Of a DNA stretch of 64,000 nucleotides, positions 12,617 to 26,328 are shown one piece after another. The notes beneath the pieces were generated by a model. The model worked only from the letters and a program-made list of their open reading frames with translations, did no database searches and was not told where the DNA came from. Made by a program: the position numbers and the translations under genes. This DNA is from a cyanobacterium endosymbiont of Rhopalodia gibba. Its GTDB lineage: Bacteria; Cyanobacteriota; Cyanobacteriia; Cyanobacteriales; Microcystaceae. Every line of letters begins with the position of its first letter. Positions within the stretch are counted from its first letter, which is position 1. The DNA is taken from contig CP067995.1 in the NCBI GenBank assembly GCA_045159875.1, positions 2,336,001 to 2,400,000 of the forward strand, written 5' to 3'.

Positions 12617-13717
12617 TTAGTTTAACCAATAACCAAATTCTTCTATGAATCGATTGTCTAAAATAGCTTCTCGAATTCGTTGAGTAAACCTAACTAATTC
12701 CGTAACGTTGTGTAGGGATAGAAGGGTGTGCCCTAACATTTCCTGTGATCGCACTAAATGATTTAAATATGCCCGGCTAAAAGTCTGACAGGTATAACAG
12801 GTACAATCGGCATCAAGGGGACCAAAATCCTCGCGGAACTGGGAATTTTTTAGATTCCAACGTTCTCCTCTCACTAATGCAGTTCCGTGGCGGCCAAAAC
12901 GAGTAGGAATTACACAGTCAAATAAATCAATCCCGGACGCGATTGTCATAGCCATCTCCCGATAAGTTCCCACTCCCATTAAATAACGAGGTTTAGTCGC
13001 TGGAAGCAAGGGTGCGGTAATTTGTACAATTTCTCGAATTAAGGCGGGATCTTCCCCTACACTAACTCCTCCGATAGCATATCCGGGTAAATCGAAGTCT
13101 ATCAAAGACTTAGCTGCTGATCTCCTTAATTCTGGATAAATTCCCCCTTGAACAATGCCAAACAAAGCTTGATCCTGGGGACGTTGGTGAGCATCAATAC
13201 ACCGTTCTAACCAACGATAGGTACGTTCAGTGGCTGCTGCAACCGTTGAATAATCTGCTTTACCTGGGGGACATTCATCAAAAGCCATAATCACATCAGC
13301 TCCCAAAGTATTTTGAATATGTATTGAACGTTCGGGAGTCAGTTCAATAATTCGTCCATCCCTAGGAGAACGGAAAGTTACGCCAATTTCTCGAACTTGG
13401 CGCAACTCACTGAGACTAAACACTTGAAATCCACCAGAATCGGTAAGAATTGGACCTTTCCATGCCATAAATTGATGTAGTCCCCCGGCTTTTTTGATCA
13501 GGGTTTCTCCGGGTTGCAAATGTAGGTGATAAGTATTGGCTAAAACCATCTGCGCTCCCGTAGTTTCCAGTTGAGCAGGGGTCAGCCCTTTCACTGTCGC
13601 TAAGGTCCCCACAGGCATAAATCGAGGGGTTTCTACCAGTCCATGAGGGGTGTGCCAAACTCCGACTCTAGCGAGAGTTTGACAACATTTTTTTTGAGTT
13701 TGAAAAGAAAATCCCAA
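12617..13717 (-). CDS. tgt: tRNA-guanine(34) transglycosylase
   Basis: [39 protein letters not shown], Zn CxCxxC. Confidence 0.98.
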   Translation of the reverse strand: MGFSFQTQKKCCQTLARVGVWHTPHGLVETPRFMPVGTLATVKGLTPAQLETTGAQMVLANTYHLHLQPGETLIKKAGGLHQFMAWKGPILTDSGGFQVFSLSELRQVREIGVTFRSPRDGRIIELTPERSIHIQNTLGADVIMAFDECPPGKADYSTVAAATERTYRWLERCIDAHQRPQDQALFGIVQGGIYPELRRSAAKSLIDFDLPGYAIGGVSVGEDPALIREIVQITAPLLPATKPRYLMGVGTYREMAMTIASGIDLFDCVIPTRFGRHGTALVRGERWNLKNSQFREDFGPLDADCTCYTCQTFSRAYLNHLVRSQEMLGHTLLSLHNVTELVRFTQRIREAILDNRFIEEFGYWLN

Positions 13718-14339
13718 AGTTACTATAAACCCTAAAGTTAACAGATTTATTCCATTGTAACTAAGTCGTTGACATTGAATAGAGATTCAATAGTTTTCTG
13801 CTCAAACCTTTTAAGAGCTCAATCAAAAAAAAATTGTCCTCGAGCAAAAAGAGTAGAAAATGAATGTGGTATGCAAAGCACAAACCTAGATATTATTGTT
13901 GTCATTATTACCATCGAGAATGACGTAAACTTTAGAGATAAGCTAGGATATTTTTGTCTAAGGGCGATATTAAGTTTCCACAATGCATTGATTATCTCAA
14001 GATTGAGACTATAACTATTATTCCCTAAGTTATCTAAACCCTGCGCTTTAGCGAGGGACTAAGCTCCTCAAGCAGAGAAATTAAACATCAATCTGTCAGT
14101 CTTCTGTAAGGTAGTAGTCCCACCAAAGAAAGAAGAGCTGACGATTAGCTAAGATAAAAATAGAGATAAGCAAAAGTAAAATACAGAAAAGACTATGAGT
14201 TTGGTAAACTTTGAATTGTGTCTCTTTGTTGAAACGGCCTTTAAATAAACCGTTTCCCAGAGAGGATCCGCCACTATTATCAGTTGAATAAAAACTCTGA
14301 CTCTTCAGTAAAAAATATAAAGGGATTATCCACATAAAA

Positions 14340-14700
14340 GACATTGTTAATATCTAAGGGGTTTCCAAAAATATAGATAATTGACTTACTCAGTCAGAAA
14401 CGATAGTAAATATTATCAATAAACTTAATCATTATTACCATCAGAATCATGGCAAGGGCACGTTATATTAGTTCCTGTAGAATCTTACTAACCGATGACG
14501 TTTTGTATTTATTAATACGAGTGTCAGGTAAGTCATCTCTAGTAAAACTGATGTTTAAGATAAATTGTAACCAATAACCTAAAATACTATTGTTGTCAGT
14601 GAATACTCTTCTGAGTAAGTAGATAGTTTTGAATAAACCTTAAAAAAATAAATTATTTTGTGTCTCTAATAGTAACTGCTATAAGTAAGACTTACCTTAA
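14340..14700 (+). mobile_element. Possible N-terminal ISL3 relic
   Basis: Fragments HYYHQNH, MFKINCNQ*P, YSSE*VD in the order of ISL3 HQNH...RQFKCxxCxKPFSEELD; very degraded. Confidence 0.3.
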
Positions 14701-15889
14701 ATACCTTAGCTACGATAGCTTGATATTTAAATATATTGTCTAAATTTTTCTAAAACTTTACTTGATATTATTGTCTCTTTATTTTTTTATCTAAAATATT
14801 TATGCACTCTGAATAATTATTCACAGCGATTACTGTACGGACTATTTTTTTGTCGCTGTATTTCTATCTAAAATCAATTATTTATTTAGAGTATTTCTAT
14901 TTCCTTATTTTTTTAGATTGTAATTGATACTCATTTTTATTTTTGTTTATATTTTTAGCTTTTTATCTTATGTTTTAGCTGATTGTTAGTGATTATATTG
15001 TTTATCCTCTCTTTATAACTTCTAAGATTTTTTTTTTGTTTTTTAGATAATTCCATATTTGTTTATTTCTTAAACAATCTATTTTTTTGTATTGAAACAA
15101 TAATATTGTCGCTCTTGTTTTAATTTTGTAGAAAATTTTTAGGTCACGAGTCAACTGTTATGTTTCTTGCTCTTCTAATTAAGTTGGCTAAATTTTTAGG
15201 TAGGCTAATATCTAATTACTTAGACATAAATAAGCAGTACTGTGTTAATGTGTATTACAGGACTAAAGGTGAGAGTGAGCGTGATAAATAGATTTAAAAA
15301 TGAATATGTTAACAGAGTGAGGCATAAAAACTTTAATTAACTAATATCATCTCCCCGTTTAAGGGTTTTTCTAAGGTACGAGTAAGAAAGGACTTCATTT
15401 GAGTTAAGTTAAGCTCAAATAATTTTTCAAAAAAAAGATAGAGCTAGTACAAGACAATTGCTAGCAATTGGTGGGAAGATGGAGAAAATTACTATTTATT
15501 TAAAATGGGTTTACTCGATAATTCGCACAACAATCTATCGATGGAACAAAATTATCTTAACAAGAAGTACGAGATACTTCGCAAAGCCGTAAAAAAAATA
15601 TGTTTAAAATATTTAGATTAATGCTGATGTATCTATCAATTCCGAGCTTTGTTTAAACTTCTATACTGTTGTTTGTTTATGTTTAACTATTTAGCTGTTG
15701 CTTTTTCTTTAATTATTTTTAAGCTCACTTATTTAGTAGTTGATCCCCATAACCTAAGCTTAAAAAAAATTTTAAAAAAACAAATATTAGTTAGGAAAAT
15801 TTTTCCTAATTGAGAGATAATAGTCACTAAACTAGAGAAATAGTTAAAATCTTATATAAATCAGATTAACTAAATTTGATTAACCGAGT

Positions 15890-17644
15890 TTAGAATTTAA
15901 AGGTGGTTCGTAAAGCCCCAACCCAAATACTGTTGTTGTCATTATTACCCTCAGGTTGAAGAACAACATAAAAACCAGGAGTTAGCAAAATGTTTTTGGT
16001 GAGGGGGTATTGATATTGAGCTTCAATGATGTAAGGAATATCCTGGTCAGGAACTTGCAAATCTCCAGTAATGGCATCAACCCGTTGGGTATGGGTAAAA
16101 GCACCGCCTGCAAGGGAGAGAATAGCTCCTTCCCTAAAGACGTCGACGACGTTAAGGGCTGCCATCCAGGACCACAAGTCGGCACCAAAACCGCGACGAC
16201 TGTTTTCATTTTCGTCAAGCCCTTGGGCACGCCCTAATCCATAACCTACCCAACCGGTTAGGTTAAACATATGATTGATACGCCAGTTACCGTTAGCTCC
16301 GTAAGCATCAAGAATTGTCGGGGTTCCCAAGAAAGGATCACTAGCTAGTCCGCTACCGGTACTAGAAGTCAAGTTAACATGATCCTCTTTGTAGTAAGTG
16401 TGTAGGTAGTGGAAGTTAAAGGCAAGATTGTCAGTCGGATAAAATCCAAGTTGACCCCCTGCGCTGAAGTTACCATTAAATAAGCCGCTTCCTAGTTCAG
16501 GATTAGCACCGTCATCACTAGGGGTTAAATAAAGTCCACGAACAGTGAACATATCATTTAATTCATAGGCAAAACCGGCACCAATACCTTCTTCACCCCG
16601 CATAGTTATAGGGTCACGACGGACAAATCGTGACAAGGCTCCAGTTCCTGAACTTTTTAGGAATGGGTTTCCTTCATCAAAAATATCATCTACATCTAGG
16701 GAGTTACCTCCAACATAACCAGTGAAGTTACCGATGGGAAAACGGTAGTATAAGTTGTCAATTTGAAGATCAGCATCACTGTTAACATCGTGTCCTAATC
16801 GTGCCATGTTAGTCCCTGTGGCACGACTTAAGTTAAAGAGAGTTCCTGCTTCAAGACGAGTAGTTAGTTTATCCTTTCCGTTAAAACTAGTATTTAAGTC
16901 AAGACGAGTTCGATAACCAAAGGTCGCGTTATCGTCAATACGTCGCCGTGCGTCTGTGAATCTACCGTTTTGCAAGTCTTGGTTAAATTCGTCTTGCTCA
17001 CGAGCATCTAAAGCCCGTTCCCCTGACGCAGAGGAGATAGTAAACAGTACTTCCCCTTTGAACTTGGTGGTAGTGGAAAACTGATGATTTTCGAGGAACG
17101 CCATCCTACCTTCGAGGTTATCAACTCGTGCGCCTAAAGCGATTAATTCCTGTTCAAATTCGCGGGCTAATCGCTTGAGTTTTTCAATGTCTTCTCGTAA
17201 GATAGCAACGTTTTCTTGTAAGAGTCGTTCAATGGTATTCAAACAAGCATTTAAGCCTGCTGCAAATTCCCAACGACTGGCAGTTTGGTCGCCTCGGAAA
17301 GTTCGATCAGGATAACCGACAATACAACCATAGCGTTCAACTAGACTTGATAAAGCCTCATAAGTCCAGTCAGTAGGGGATATATCTCGTAATTCCGAAA
17401 CGTTGGTAACTTGGAAGGTAGAAGTACCAGATTTCCGCTTAAAGATACTACGATTAACAGGATTTCTCAATTGGGGACGATTCCGTAGAATCCCTAAAGC
17501 TTCTGTCGAGTTTATCATATCTGGGTTAGCTGCCTCTATCTCCGTTTCTGGAGATGCGATCACCCCTTGAGCAACTAAACATAGAATTCCCAAGACCCCT
17601 GAGGTTGCTTTGAGCATTTGACTAAAGAATCGTAACATTGGCAA
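15890..17644 (-). CDS. Cyanobacterial outer-membrane porin (SLH domain + OprB-type barrel)
   Basis: VSELRDISPTDWTYEAL..LVERYGCIVGYPD SLH domain, FSTTTK, C-terminal RTTFKF. Confidence 0.95.
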   Translation of the reverse strand: MPMLRFFSQMLKATSGVLGILCLVAQGVIASPETEIEAANPDMINSTEALGILRNRPQLRNPVNRSIFKRKSGTSTFQVTNVSELRDISPTDWTYEALSSLVERYGCIVGYPDRTFRGDQTASRWEFAAGLNACLNTIERLLQENVAILREDIEKLKRLAREFEQELIALGARVDNLEGRMAFLENHQFSTTTKFKGEVLFTISSASGERALDAREQDEFNQDLQNGRFTDARRRIDDNATFGYRTRLDLNTSFNGKDKLTTRLEAGTLFNLSRATGTNMARLGHDVNSDADLQIDNLYYRFPIGNFTGYVGGNSLDVDDIFDEGNPFLKSSGTGALSRFVRRDPITMRGEEGIGAGFAYELNDMFTVRGLYLTPSDDGANPELGSGLFNGNFSAGGQLGFYPTDNLAFNFHYLHTYYKEDHVNLTSSTGSGLASDPFLGTPTILDAYGANGNWRINHMFNLTGWVGYGLGRAQGLDENENSRRGFGADLWSWMAALNVVDVFREGAILSLAGGAFTHTQRVDAITGDLQVPDQDIPYIIEAQYQYPLTKNILLTPGFYVVLQPEGNNDNNSIWVGALRTTFKF

Positions 17645-17950
17645 TAGTTCTCACACCTGAAATAAGGAGTATCAAAACTACAGAGTTTATATAGTATTCT
17701 TTGATACTCAGTTGATCTTATTTTCAACTTCTAATCTACACAGACAAATTATACAAGATAGATCAAAGTCTGGACGAAAATCAGCTAAGTTTTCCCAAAA
17801 GTATTGTAAAACAACGAGCACAAAAGTTTGGGAGCTTTTTATTTTTTAATAATGACAATCTATCTTTTTTGTATTTAAGAAAATATTAAGGGGTTATAGT
17901 AAAGGATACGCTTATTAACTTGATTATGAGAATGCTCTAACAAATTTAGT

Positions 17951-18694
17951 TTAACCTCGATATCCAGTAACGATATAAGAAACTCGTTGAGCAATATTGG
18001 TGGAATGATCTGCCATTCTTTCTAAGTGACGAATGACTAAAGCTAATAAAAGAAACGGTTCAATGACCCCCTGAATATCTCGTTGACAAGCTAAAGCCTG
18101 ATAAAGTTTTTCATAGGTGTCATCTACCGTATCGTCAAGTCGTTTAACCTGTTTTCCGGCATTGCCATCAAGTTCCACTAAAGCAACTAAACTTGTCCCT
18201 AGCATCATTTGAGCATGATACGACATGGCGGCAGCTTCCTCCATAATAGGATGGGGAGGATAAGAAAGCAATTTTATAGCTATTTTTGCTAAATCTTTGG
18301 CATAATCCCCAATTCTCTCTAGGTCTCTGATTAATTGCATGAAGGCGCTTACAAGACGTAAGTCTTGAGCCACAGGGGCTTGTAGTGTCATTAGGGTAGC
18401 GCAATCGAGTTCTATCTGTCGGTAGTACCGATCAACTTGTCGATCAATTTCAATGATTTTGCTAACTGCGTCTAGATTCTGATTAAATAGGGCTTGATGA
18501 CTAAGGCGGCAGGATTCTTCTACTAAAGTTCCCATTCGCAATACTTCTTGTTTTAATCGTTTGAGACATCGTTCAAAGTGAGTACGTTTAGGGTGATTAT
18601 TATAATACGATAGGTTCACAGGACTTCTTGCAGAAGAAAGGCAAAAGGCATTTGAACAAAAATAAAAAAGGAGAGCTAACAACGCCTTGCTCAT
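17951..18694 (-). CDS. phoU: Phosphate signalling protein PhoU
   Basis: QAPVAQDLR, RDLERIGDYA, RHLERMADHSTNIA; start probably near 18619. Confidence 0.95.
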   Translation of the reverse strand: MSKALLALLFYFCSNAFCLSSARSPVNLSYYNNHPKRTHFERCLKRLKQEVLRMGTLVEESCRLSHQALFNQNLDAVSKIIEIDRQVDRYYRQIELDCATLMTLQAPVAQDLRLVSAFMQLIRDLERIGDYAKDLAKIAIKLLSYPPHPIMEEAAAMSYHAQMMLGTSLVALVELDGNAGKQVKRLDDTVDDTYEKLYQALACQRDIQGVIEPFLLLALVIRHLERMADHSTNIAQRVSYIVTGYRG

Positions 18695-19010
18695 GGTGCG
18701 TCATCCTTAGACTATACTATACACCAACTTGTTATTGACCAATAGTCATAGTAAACAATCAATAATTTGGTATTGGTAGGTTTTGACGTTTGTCCTAACT
18801 ATTTTTTAGTAAAAATAATTGATTACCACAATCTTATGAAGAATTGTCCTTAATTTTATAATCAACAATTCTTACGGATATATATTTTTTAATTAAAATT
18901 AGAAAATTATAGATCTATATTTTAACTTGATCTTAATCCGTTAACTTGGGTTCAACCTGTAAATTCTATTTAGAAAACCTAAATTAGCCTCTAGGTTTCT
19001 GTAACGTTTC

Positions 19011-19850
19011 ATGAACATCTTGACTAATCTTTCCAAACCCCAAAATAATAATCAGACGGAACTTCTCTCCTTGAAAATAAACAAGCAAAGAATAGAAACT
19101 AAATCCCTCCAAGAAATTGCTATTATGCGCAAATCATCTCAAATTGTGGCCACGGTCCTTAAAGAGATCGAGATGGTTGTAGAACCAGGGATGACAACAG
19201 AGGACTTAGATAGATATGCTGAACGCAGAATCAGAGAAATGGGAGCAACCCCTAGTTTCAAAGGGTATCATGGTTTCCCCGCCTCTATCTGTGCTTCTAT
19301 TAACCAGGAAGTTGTTCATGGCACTCCTAGCCCTAAACGGAAAGTTCGTGTTGGAGATGTACTGAAAGTAGATACAGGAGCTTATTTTCAAGGCTATCAT
19401 GGAGATTCTTGTATCACTATTGCCGTAGGAAAAGTTTCAACGACAACTTCCCGTCTAATTATTGGAGCCCAGGAAGCATTGTATGCCGGAATTGAGCAGG
19501 TAAAAGCGGGAAATTATTTATTAGATATTGCCGGAGCGATCGAAGATAAGGTAAAAGAGTATGGTTATAGCGTTGTGGAAGATTATACCGGTCATGGTAT
19601 AGGGCGTAACCTCCATGAGGATCCCTATGTTTTTAATTATCGCACAAAGGAGTTGCCCAACGTTAAATTACGGGCAGGAATGACCTTAGCCATAGAACCG
19701 ATTGTCAATAAAGGGTCAAAATATACGAGAAAACTGCGTGACCGCTGGACTGTGGTAACAGTGGATAATTCTCTGTCCGCACAATTTGAACATACGGTAT
19801 TAGTCACACAAACGGGATATGAAATCTTGACAGATCGCACCGCTATTTAG
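19011..19850 (+). CDS. map: Type I methionine aminopeptidase
   Basis: [12 protein letters not shown]...[26 protein letters not shown]. Confidence 0.97.
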   Translation: MNILTNLSKPQNNNQTELLSLKINKQRIETKSLQEIAIMRKSSQIVATVLKEIEMVVEPGMTTEDLDRYAERRIREMGATPSFKGYHGFPASICASINQEVVHGTPSPKRKVRVGDVLKVDTGAYFQGYHGDSCITIAVGKVSTTTSRLIIGAQEALYAGIEQVKAGNYLLDIAGAIEDKVKEYGYSVVEDYTGHGIGRNLHEDPYVFNYRTKELPNVKLRAGMTLAIEPIVNKGSKYTRKLRDRWTVVTVDNSLSAQFEHTVLVTQTGYEILTDRTAI

Positions 19851-19900
19851 CGTTTTGCGTTCAGTAAGCATCAACAACCGTTGACTCCTAAAATACCTTA

Positions 19901-19940
19901 AAACTTAAGTAGGGTGGGTATTGCCCACCTTACTTAGGTT
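19901..19940. terminator. Hairpin between convergent map and petH, likely bidirectional terminator
   Basis: aacttaagtagggtgggt-att-gcccaccttacttaggtt stem with G-U pairs. Confidence 0.7.
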
Positions 19941-19953
19941 GGAGTGAGAAAAT

Positions 19954-21175
<1,222 letters not shown>

Positions 21176-22379
21176 GTTATGTGTTGTTCCCAATTCACTC
21201 AAAACACAACTTCTGCACTTCATCGTCAACCTACGTTACTACGTTAGTAGACTGCGGGTGCAGTAGTAAATCAGGTTAGGAAACCTATAAACCAGACCAG
21301 GTCGTAAAACAATTATACCTGATTTTAATGTTAAAAACTGTCAACCTGGACTCAGTTTAAGATTTTTTTAGGAAAAATTTTTATTCAAGGCAAAAGACAA
21401 CAAGCATTGATACTCAACAGTTGAAGTGTAAATCAAATTAGAGTTTTCAGCTTGTAACTGATGAACATTTAGTATTCTAGCTATACTTTCAGGCTCTGTA
21501 GCAGCCGAGATACAAATTGCTCTCACATTATTTATTAATCGTTCAGCCTATTTTTATTTCATTAATAAGTCCCATCAGGATGTTAGCCCTGCGTGTCTTT
21601 TTTTTAAAAAATTTATCTCTTTGTAAGAGATAAGTACTTCTACTTTAAAAGATTTTTATTTACTTAATATTTACCAATTCTTATCTAAATAAAAGAGAAC
21701 CTTTGTTACAGATTAGGGTGGTTAAATTAATAACACAAATTTCTACGTTTACCAAAGCTGGCAATTTATATGTGAACATTAATAAGTTTTTATTAAGTTC
21801 AATGGGACAGGATATTCACCAGACATAATCACGAAGAACATCTATTAATTTATATGCTCTAAGTCAATGGATCTTTAGGATATCAACGTTTTTTTAGGGA
21901 AGTTTGATACTTTAAATCTAAATATTTTGGTTATTTTCAGACTAGATAATGAAGTGTTAGCTTTAGCTCAGTTTACAGTTTTCAGCTGTTGGCATATATA
22001 TTTTATTTATTTGATTGACTTTATGTCTATTGGAGATACTGAATTATTTAGTAATTGCATCTGAACTAAATTCAGATATTTCAGGTAATAATTTTGTTAA
22101 AAATGAGTCTTAATTAAACAAATCATAAAAGACAATATTCCGGTATATATTTTTTATGTTTTATCTAAAAAGATAGGAATTGCTAGTTAATTATCTATTT
22201 ATTTTTTAATTTTTAAAACTAAATATGTCTTTTGATCAACAGTTAATTACGATATTGTTTGTTAAATCAAACGGGACAGATTAATCTAAAAATTAATTGC
22301 CATCAATAGTCAAGTATCTTCCCATAGCATCTAAAAGTAGACTTATTCTGGACTGGCAGTAAAGTTATCGCAGCTAAAG

Positions 22380-22570
22380 ACTACATAACTCTCTTTTGTA
22401 CTATTATTACGATAATATCATTACCATTAGACTCAGCATAACTTGCCCCAATACTTATACCATCAATGTCATCTTCATTTCCACTATTGACTGAACTTCC
22501 TAATAAGTAAACACTATCAATGCCATTGACAACAAAGTTGTTGTTTTCATCAAGGTCTAAAGAAATAAAA
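22380..22570 (-). pseudogene. Remnant of FG-GAP (integrin-alpha-like) repeat surface protein
   Basis: LDENNNFVVNGIDSVYLLGSSVNSGNEDDIDGISIGASYAESNGN resembles LDGxNGFxxNGI...GxSVSxAGDxNGDGIDDLIIGAPxA; decayed DNA probably continues toward ~21700. Confidence 0.6.
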
Positions 22571-22630
22571 AAATAACTTGTTATTTTTTTTAAAAATTCT
22601 AGATATTTTTTTAAAAAAATAAAGTTAATT

Positions 22631-22680
22631 AAGAACAAATTTACAAGATCATTAGTAAATGATCTTGTAAATTTGTTCTT
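22631..22680. repeat. Perfect inverted repeat, 23-bp arms, 4-nt loop
   Basis: aagaacaaatttacaagatcatt-agta-aatgatcttgtaaatttgttctt. Confidence 0.95.
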
Positions 22681-23554
22681 CTTGAAGCTAAGTAATATTG
22701 TTTATTTTAAAATTTTTTTGATTAAACTAAAAGAACTTTAATTCTTTATATTGGTCTAATAAGTATTGATAATAGATGTCAGGTCCATTAAGGCAATATG
22801 TTAAACCTCTGCACCTTCATCCATCTACAAAAATTCTTCAGTTCAAGGATTACTGGATAAATATTTATTCATATAAAATTGTATCCAGTTTCTAGGATAA
22901 ACTATTTATTGAGAATATAAATTAGAATGTTAAAAAAAAACATTCTTTTATAAAACCTCAATAAATAAATTTATCTGGCTTTACTGATAATTAGTCCCTA
23001 GTATAAATGTCTATCTGAGACTTCATATTTCTCAATAGGTGTTTAAACCTTATTCCCCTAAATATCACTTTCTCAATGAAGGTTAACAAATTATCAACAG
23101 CAAAAGCAATATCCGGCATATACGAGGAGAGTAATAAACCTATAAAAAATTAGCTACTGGACTTTTAATTAAAACAGAACAAAGAGAATAAAGATAATGA
23201 TATTAACTGTTTTTTTGTGGTAATAGCCACTGTTTTGATATACAAATAAACTCGCAAATAATAGAATAAAACTACATTATGTCAAAAACTTATATTACTA
23301 TTTATCTGCATCTTGGTCCGTAGAAATAACACGCTCAATGCTCATATTTGGTTTAAAAATTAGTTTTAGTTAAACTCTAATAGATATTCAATTTAACGAC
23401 AATATTATTGGTATTGTGATTTACCTAGCTTTTGTGCTCTATTTTAGAGCAAATTTTATCTATATCACTAAATCTTAGATTAAACTAATCTTATATATTG
23501 CTCAACAGTTATTTATTGGACCTTTTTTGGAAAATCTTCTATAAAAAGTTACTT

Positions 23555-24385
23555 TTATTCTAGAATAATATTTATCTGATCTTCCAAATTAACTTGTAAT
23601 TTCTGTTGAGCACTACCGCCATGTACTGCAATTTCTACCCAGCCATGACTACCGATCAAACTGACTAATTCTCCCCAAGCCACTTGACTATAAGTCAATG
23701 CAGTTTTAATCTGTTGTTTCGCTATTTTAACCGACCAATTATGACCTCTAACTAACTTTCCTGAAATATTAGTAATAAGGTTTCCAAAACGGTCAATGTA
23801 TTGAATACAACCAGAAAGATGGTTAGCTGTTATTATTACTTCTTTAAGGGGAAATTCAATTAAACTGTCGGGACTAATAGAAGTTCCTAAAACGTTGAGA
23901 GAAATCCCACTGGCTAAATGTGCCCCCACAGAAGCGAAAATATCCCTTCCATGAAAAGTCGAACTGGGATCTCTCACTCGCCAATAATTAGGGTTTGTCA
24001 ACTCTACGGCTGCCATGGCCTCAGATAAACTCAGAACACCTTCAAATAAGCCGTTGTCAGGGCCAACTAAATACCCTTGAGGAAATTGAATTGCAACCCC
24101 TCTTCGTCGACTTCCTACGCCTGGATCGATAACCGCAACATATATCGTTCCATTCGGGAAGAAAGGATAAGCATTCATCAAACAAAACCGTCCGGCGGCA
24201 ATATTCTGGGGGGGGATTTCATGGGCGATATCAATGACAGTCAAATAGGGGTTAATACAAGCAATTGCTCCTTTGATGATTCCTACATAAGCATCTTGTA
24301 AACCAAAGTCAGTTAATAAGGCAATCACATTCGCATGAGTCATGGCAAGAAATAGAATTGAATCTGTATTAAATGTTGGGAACAA
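23555..24385 (-). CDS. SAM hydroxide adenosyltransferase / chlorinase-fluorinase (DUF62) family
   Basis: LLTDFG, VIDPGVGS, GPDNG, SSTFHGRDIF, IDRFGNLITNI; start probably ATG at 24343. Confidence 0.93.
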   Translation of the reverse strand: MFPTFNTDSILFLAMTHANVIALLTDFGLQDAYVGIIKGAIACINPYLTVIDIAHEIPPQNIAAGRFCLMNAYPFFPNGTIYVAVIDPGVGSRRRGVAIQFPQGYLVGPDNGLFEGVLSLSEAMAAVELTNPNYWRVRDPSSTFHGRDIFASVGAHLASGISLNVLGTSISPDSLIEFPLKEVIITANHLSGCIQYIDRFGNLITNISGKLVRGHNWSVKIAKQQIKTALTYSQVAWGELVSLIGSHGWVEIAVHGGSAQQKLQVNLEDQINIILE

Positions 24386-24652
24386 AGATTACAAAACAGT
24401 CTACTCATTATCTTTAATAAATCATTATTACTTAACACTAAAATACTTTTTTTGTTGTTCAGTATTATCAGTATTAAGAGACTGTTTATCAAGCTGTCTT
24501 GTTGGTGCGTTACCGTAGAGAAATAAAAGTAGTTTGCCTAGCAAACCTTAAACTTAATGTTTTGTTTAAAAATAGTCTCTAAGGATTTCTATATTTACAG
24601 AAGGGGACAATCGGGATAACAATGGATAAGAGGCTATTTATTACCGCCATTT

Positions 24653-25519
24653 ATGTCTGATCTCCAGAAAATGTTTAGTTAGGCTTACGATACAATTTTA
24701 GAGGAGTTAAATCGCTTAATCAAGGTAGTAGCTAAACTGCGAGCACCTGATGATGGATGTCCCTGGGATCTTGCCCAAACTCCCCAAACTCCCCAAACTC
24801 CCCAAACTCCCCAAACTCTCATTGCTTATGTGATTGAAGAAGCTCATGAAATGGTTAACGCTAGCAAAAGGGAAGATAATCAAGCTATTGTCGAGTAATT
24901 AGGAGATTTATTGTTAAAAATAATATTTTAAGCGCCAATTGCTAGCGATGAGGGACATTTCAGCTTAAAAGAAGTTGCTCAAGGAATTCCTAACAGACTA
25001 ATCCGTCGTCATTCTCATGTTTTTGGAGATATGGAGGTCTAAAATCAAGAAGAAATCCGTCAAAATCGTGAAAAGATCAAAGCCCAAGAGAAGGGAGAGA
25101 CTCCAGAAATGGCCCAATTATTGAGTCGAAAACTCAGTCGGTATAATCAAACTTTACCCCCTTTAATAGCTAGTAATAAAATTTTAGTTAAAGCTGCATT
25201 TTATCGTTTGAAATAGGGAACTGTAGATGGAGTTTTAGAGAAAATAACTGAAGAATTAGGGAGAATTAGGGAGATTTAAAGAAATTTTGGAATAAGAAGG
25301 TAAAGCGCATCAAGAAGCAAAATTAGAGGAATTGCTTTTTTTTTAGTTAATATTGCTTGATCGTATGGTTTAAGTACATCAGAGGCTTTGCAGGGAACTA
25401 ATGAGAGGTTTATTCAACAGTTGTCAATAATAGAGACTTTTGCTGAGCGTTACTCAACAGATTAAACTTTAAACGAGTTAAAAATCTTATAACAAAAAGC
25501 AAAAAAACACTTAAACTAA
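24653..25519 (+). pseudogene. mazG: Nucleoside triphosphate pyrophosphohydrolase MazG pseudogene
   Basis: VVAKLRAPDDGCPWDLAQT, YVIEEAHE, E*LGDLL, LIRRHSHVFGD, GTNERFIQ; many stops and frameshifts. Confidence 0.9.
24774..24818 (+). repeat. 9-bp tandem repeat (CCCAAACTC)x5 inside mazG pseudogene
   Basis: Read directly; expands AQTPQTL. Confidence 0.95.
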
Positions 25520-25556
25520 GAATAAACTACTTTTTAGAAAACCTATTGAGATTTTT

Positions 25557-26147
25557 ATGAGTTTAGACAGAGAGAAAGTCAATAGTTCCACTGATTATGA
25601 TTCAAAAAGGGAGAATAATCAAGTTTGGAGAGTACTTTTAGAAAACATGCAAATTGTCGTTGTTGCTTTAATTCTATCATTCATCATTCGTACTTTTATT
25701 GCTGAACCGCGTTATATTCCGTCTGAGTCTATGTTGCCGACTTTAGAAGAAGGTGATCGCTTGATAGTGGAAAAAGTTTCTTATTATTTTCATCCTCCTC
25801 AAAGAGGTGATGTTGTTGTCTTTAAACCTCCTATCCAACTGAAATTACAGGGATATAAAAAAGAACAAGCCTTTATCAAAAGAGTTGTTGGCGTAGGAGG
25901 AGAAACCGTCGCAGTTATCGATGGAAAAGTATACATTGATAATCAATTAATCCCGGAAGATTATATTTTAGAATCTCCTCGTTATAAATTAAAACCTATT
26001 ACTATTCCCGAGAGCCAATTATTTGTTATGGGAGATAATCGAAACAACAGCAACGACTCCCATATCTGGGGGCTTTTACCTCAAAAAAATGTAATTGGCC
26101 ATGCAGTTTTTAGATTTTTCCCTTTTCAGCGAATTGGTAATGTTTAA
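25557..26147 (+). CDS. lepB: Signal peptidase I
   Basis: IPSESMLPTL, FIKRV, VMGDNRNNSNDSH. Confidence 0.97.
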   Translation: MSLDREKVNSSTDYDSKRENNQVWRVLLENMQIVVVALILSFIIRTFIAEPRYIPSESMLPTLEEGDRLIVEKVSYYFHPPQRGDVVVFKPPIQLKLQGYKKEQAFIKRVVGVGGETVAVIDGKVYIDNQLIPEDYILESPRYKLKPITIPESQLFVMGDNRNNSNDSHIWGLLPQKNVIGHAVFRFFPFQRIGNV

Positions 26148-26328
26148 ATAGTTAATCCTTAAAAGTTCTAGAGGCGATCATTGATGTGAATGAATTATCA
26201 GAAATTTAGGAGATAACCCTGCTTCAGTAATAACATTTAGAAAACTTCACTAGTTGCTTTATGTATTCCAATTAAATTTGGGTATGCTTCGCTGTATAAT
26301 CTGTTAGTATCTTGAGTTTAATATACTT

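Noticed and set aside
13769..14344. 81-aa and 82-aa ORFs upstream of tgt; also looked for psbK, often adjacent to tgt
   Set aside because: No family motifs and no PsbK-like peptide found; a short IS605-end-like hairpin near 14038-14058 is too weak to call
18921..18958. Pho-box-like (C/T)TTAA(C/T)(C/T) repeats between phoU and map
   Set aside because: Only two units have 11-bp spacing; plausible by chance in AT-rich DNA
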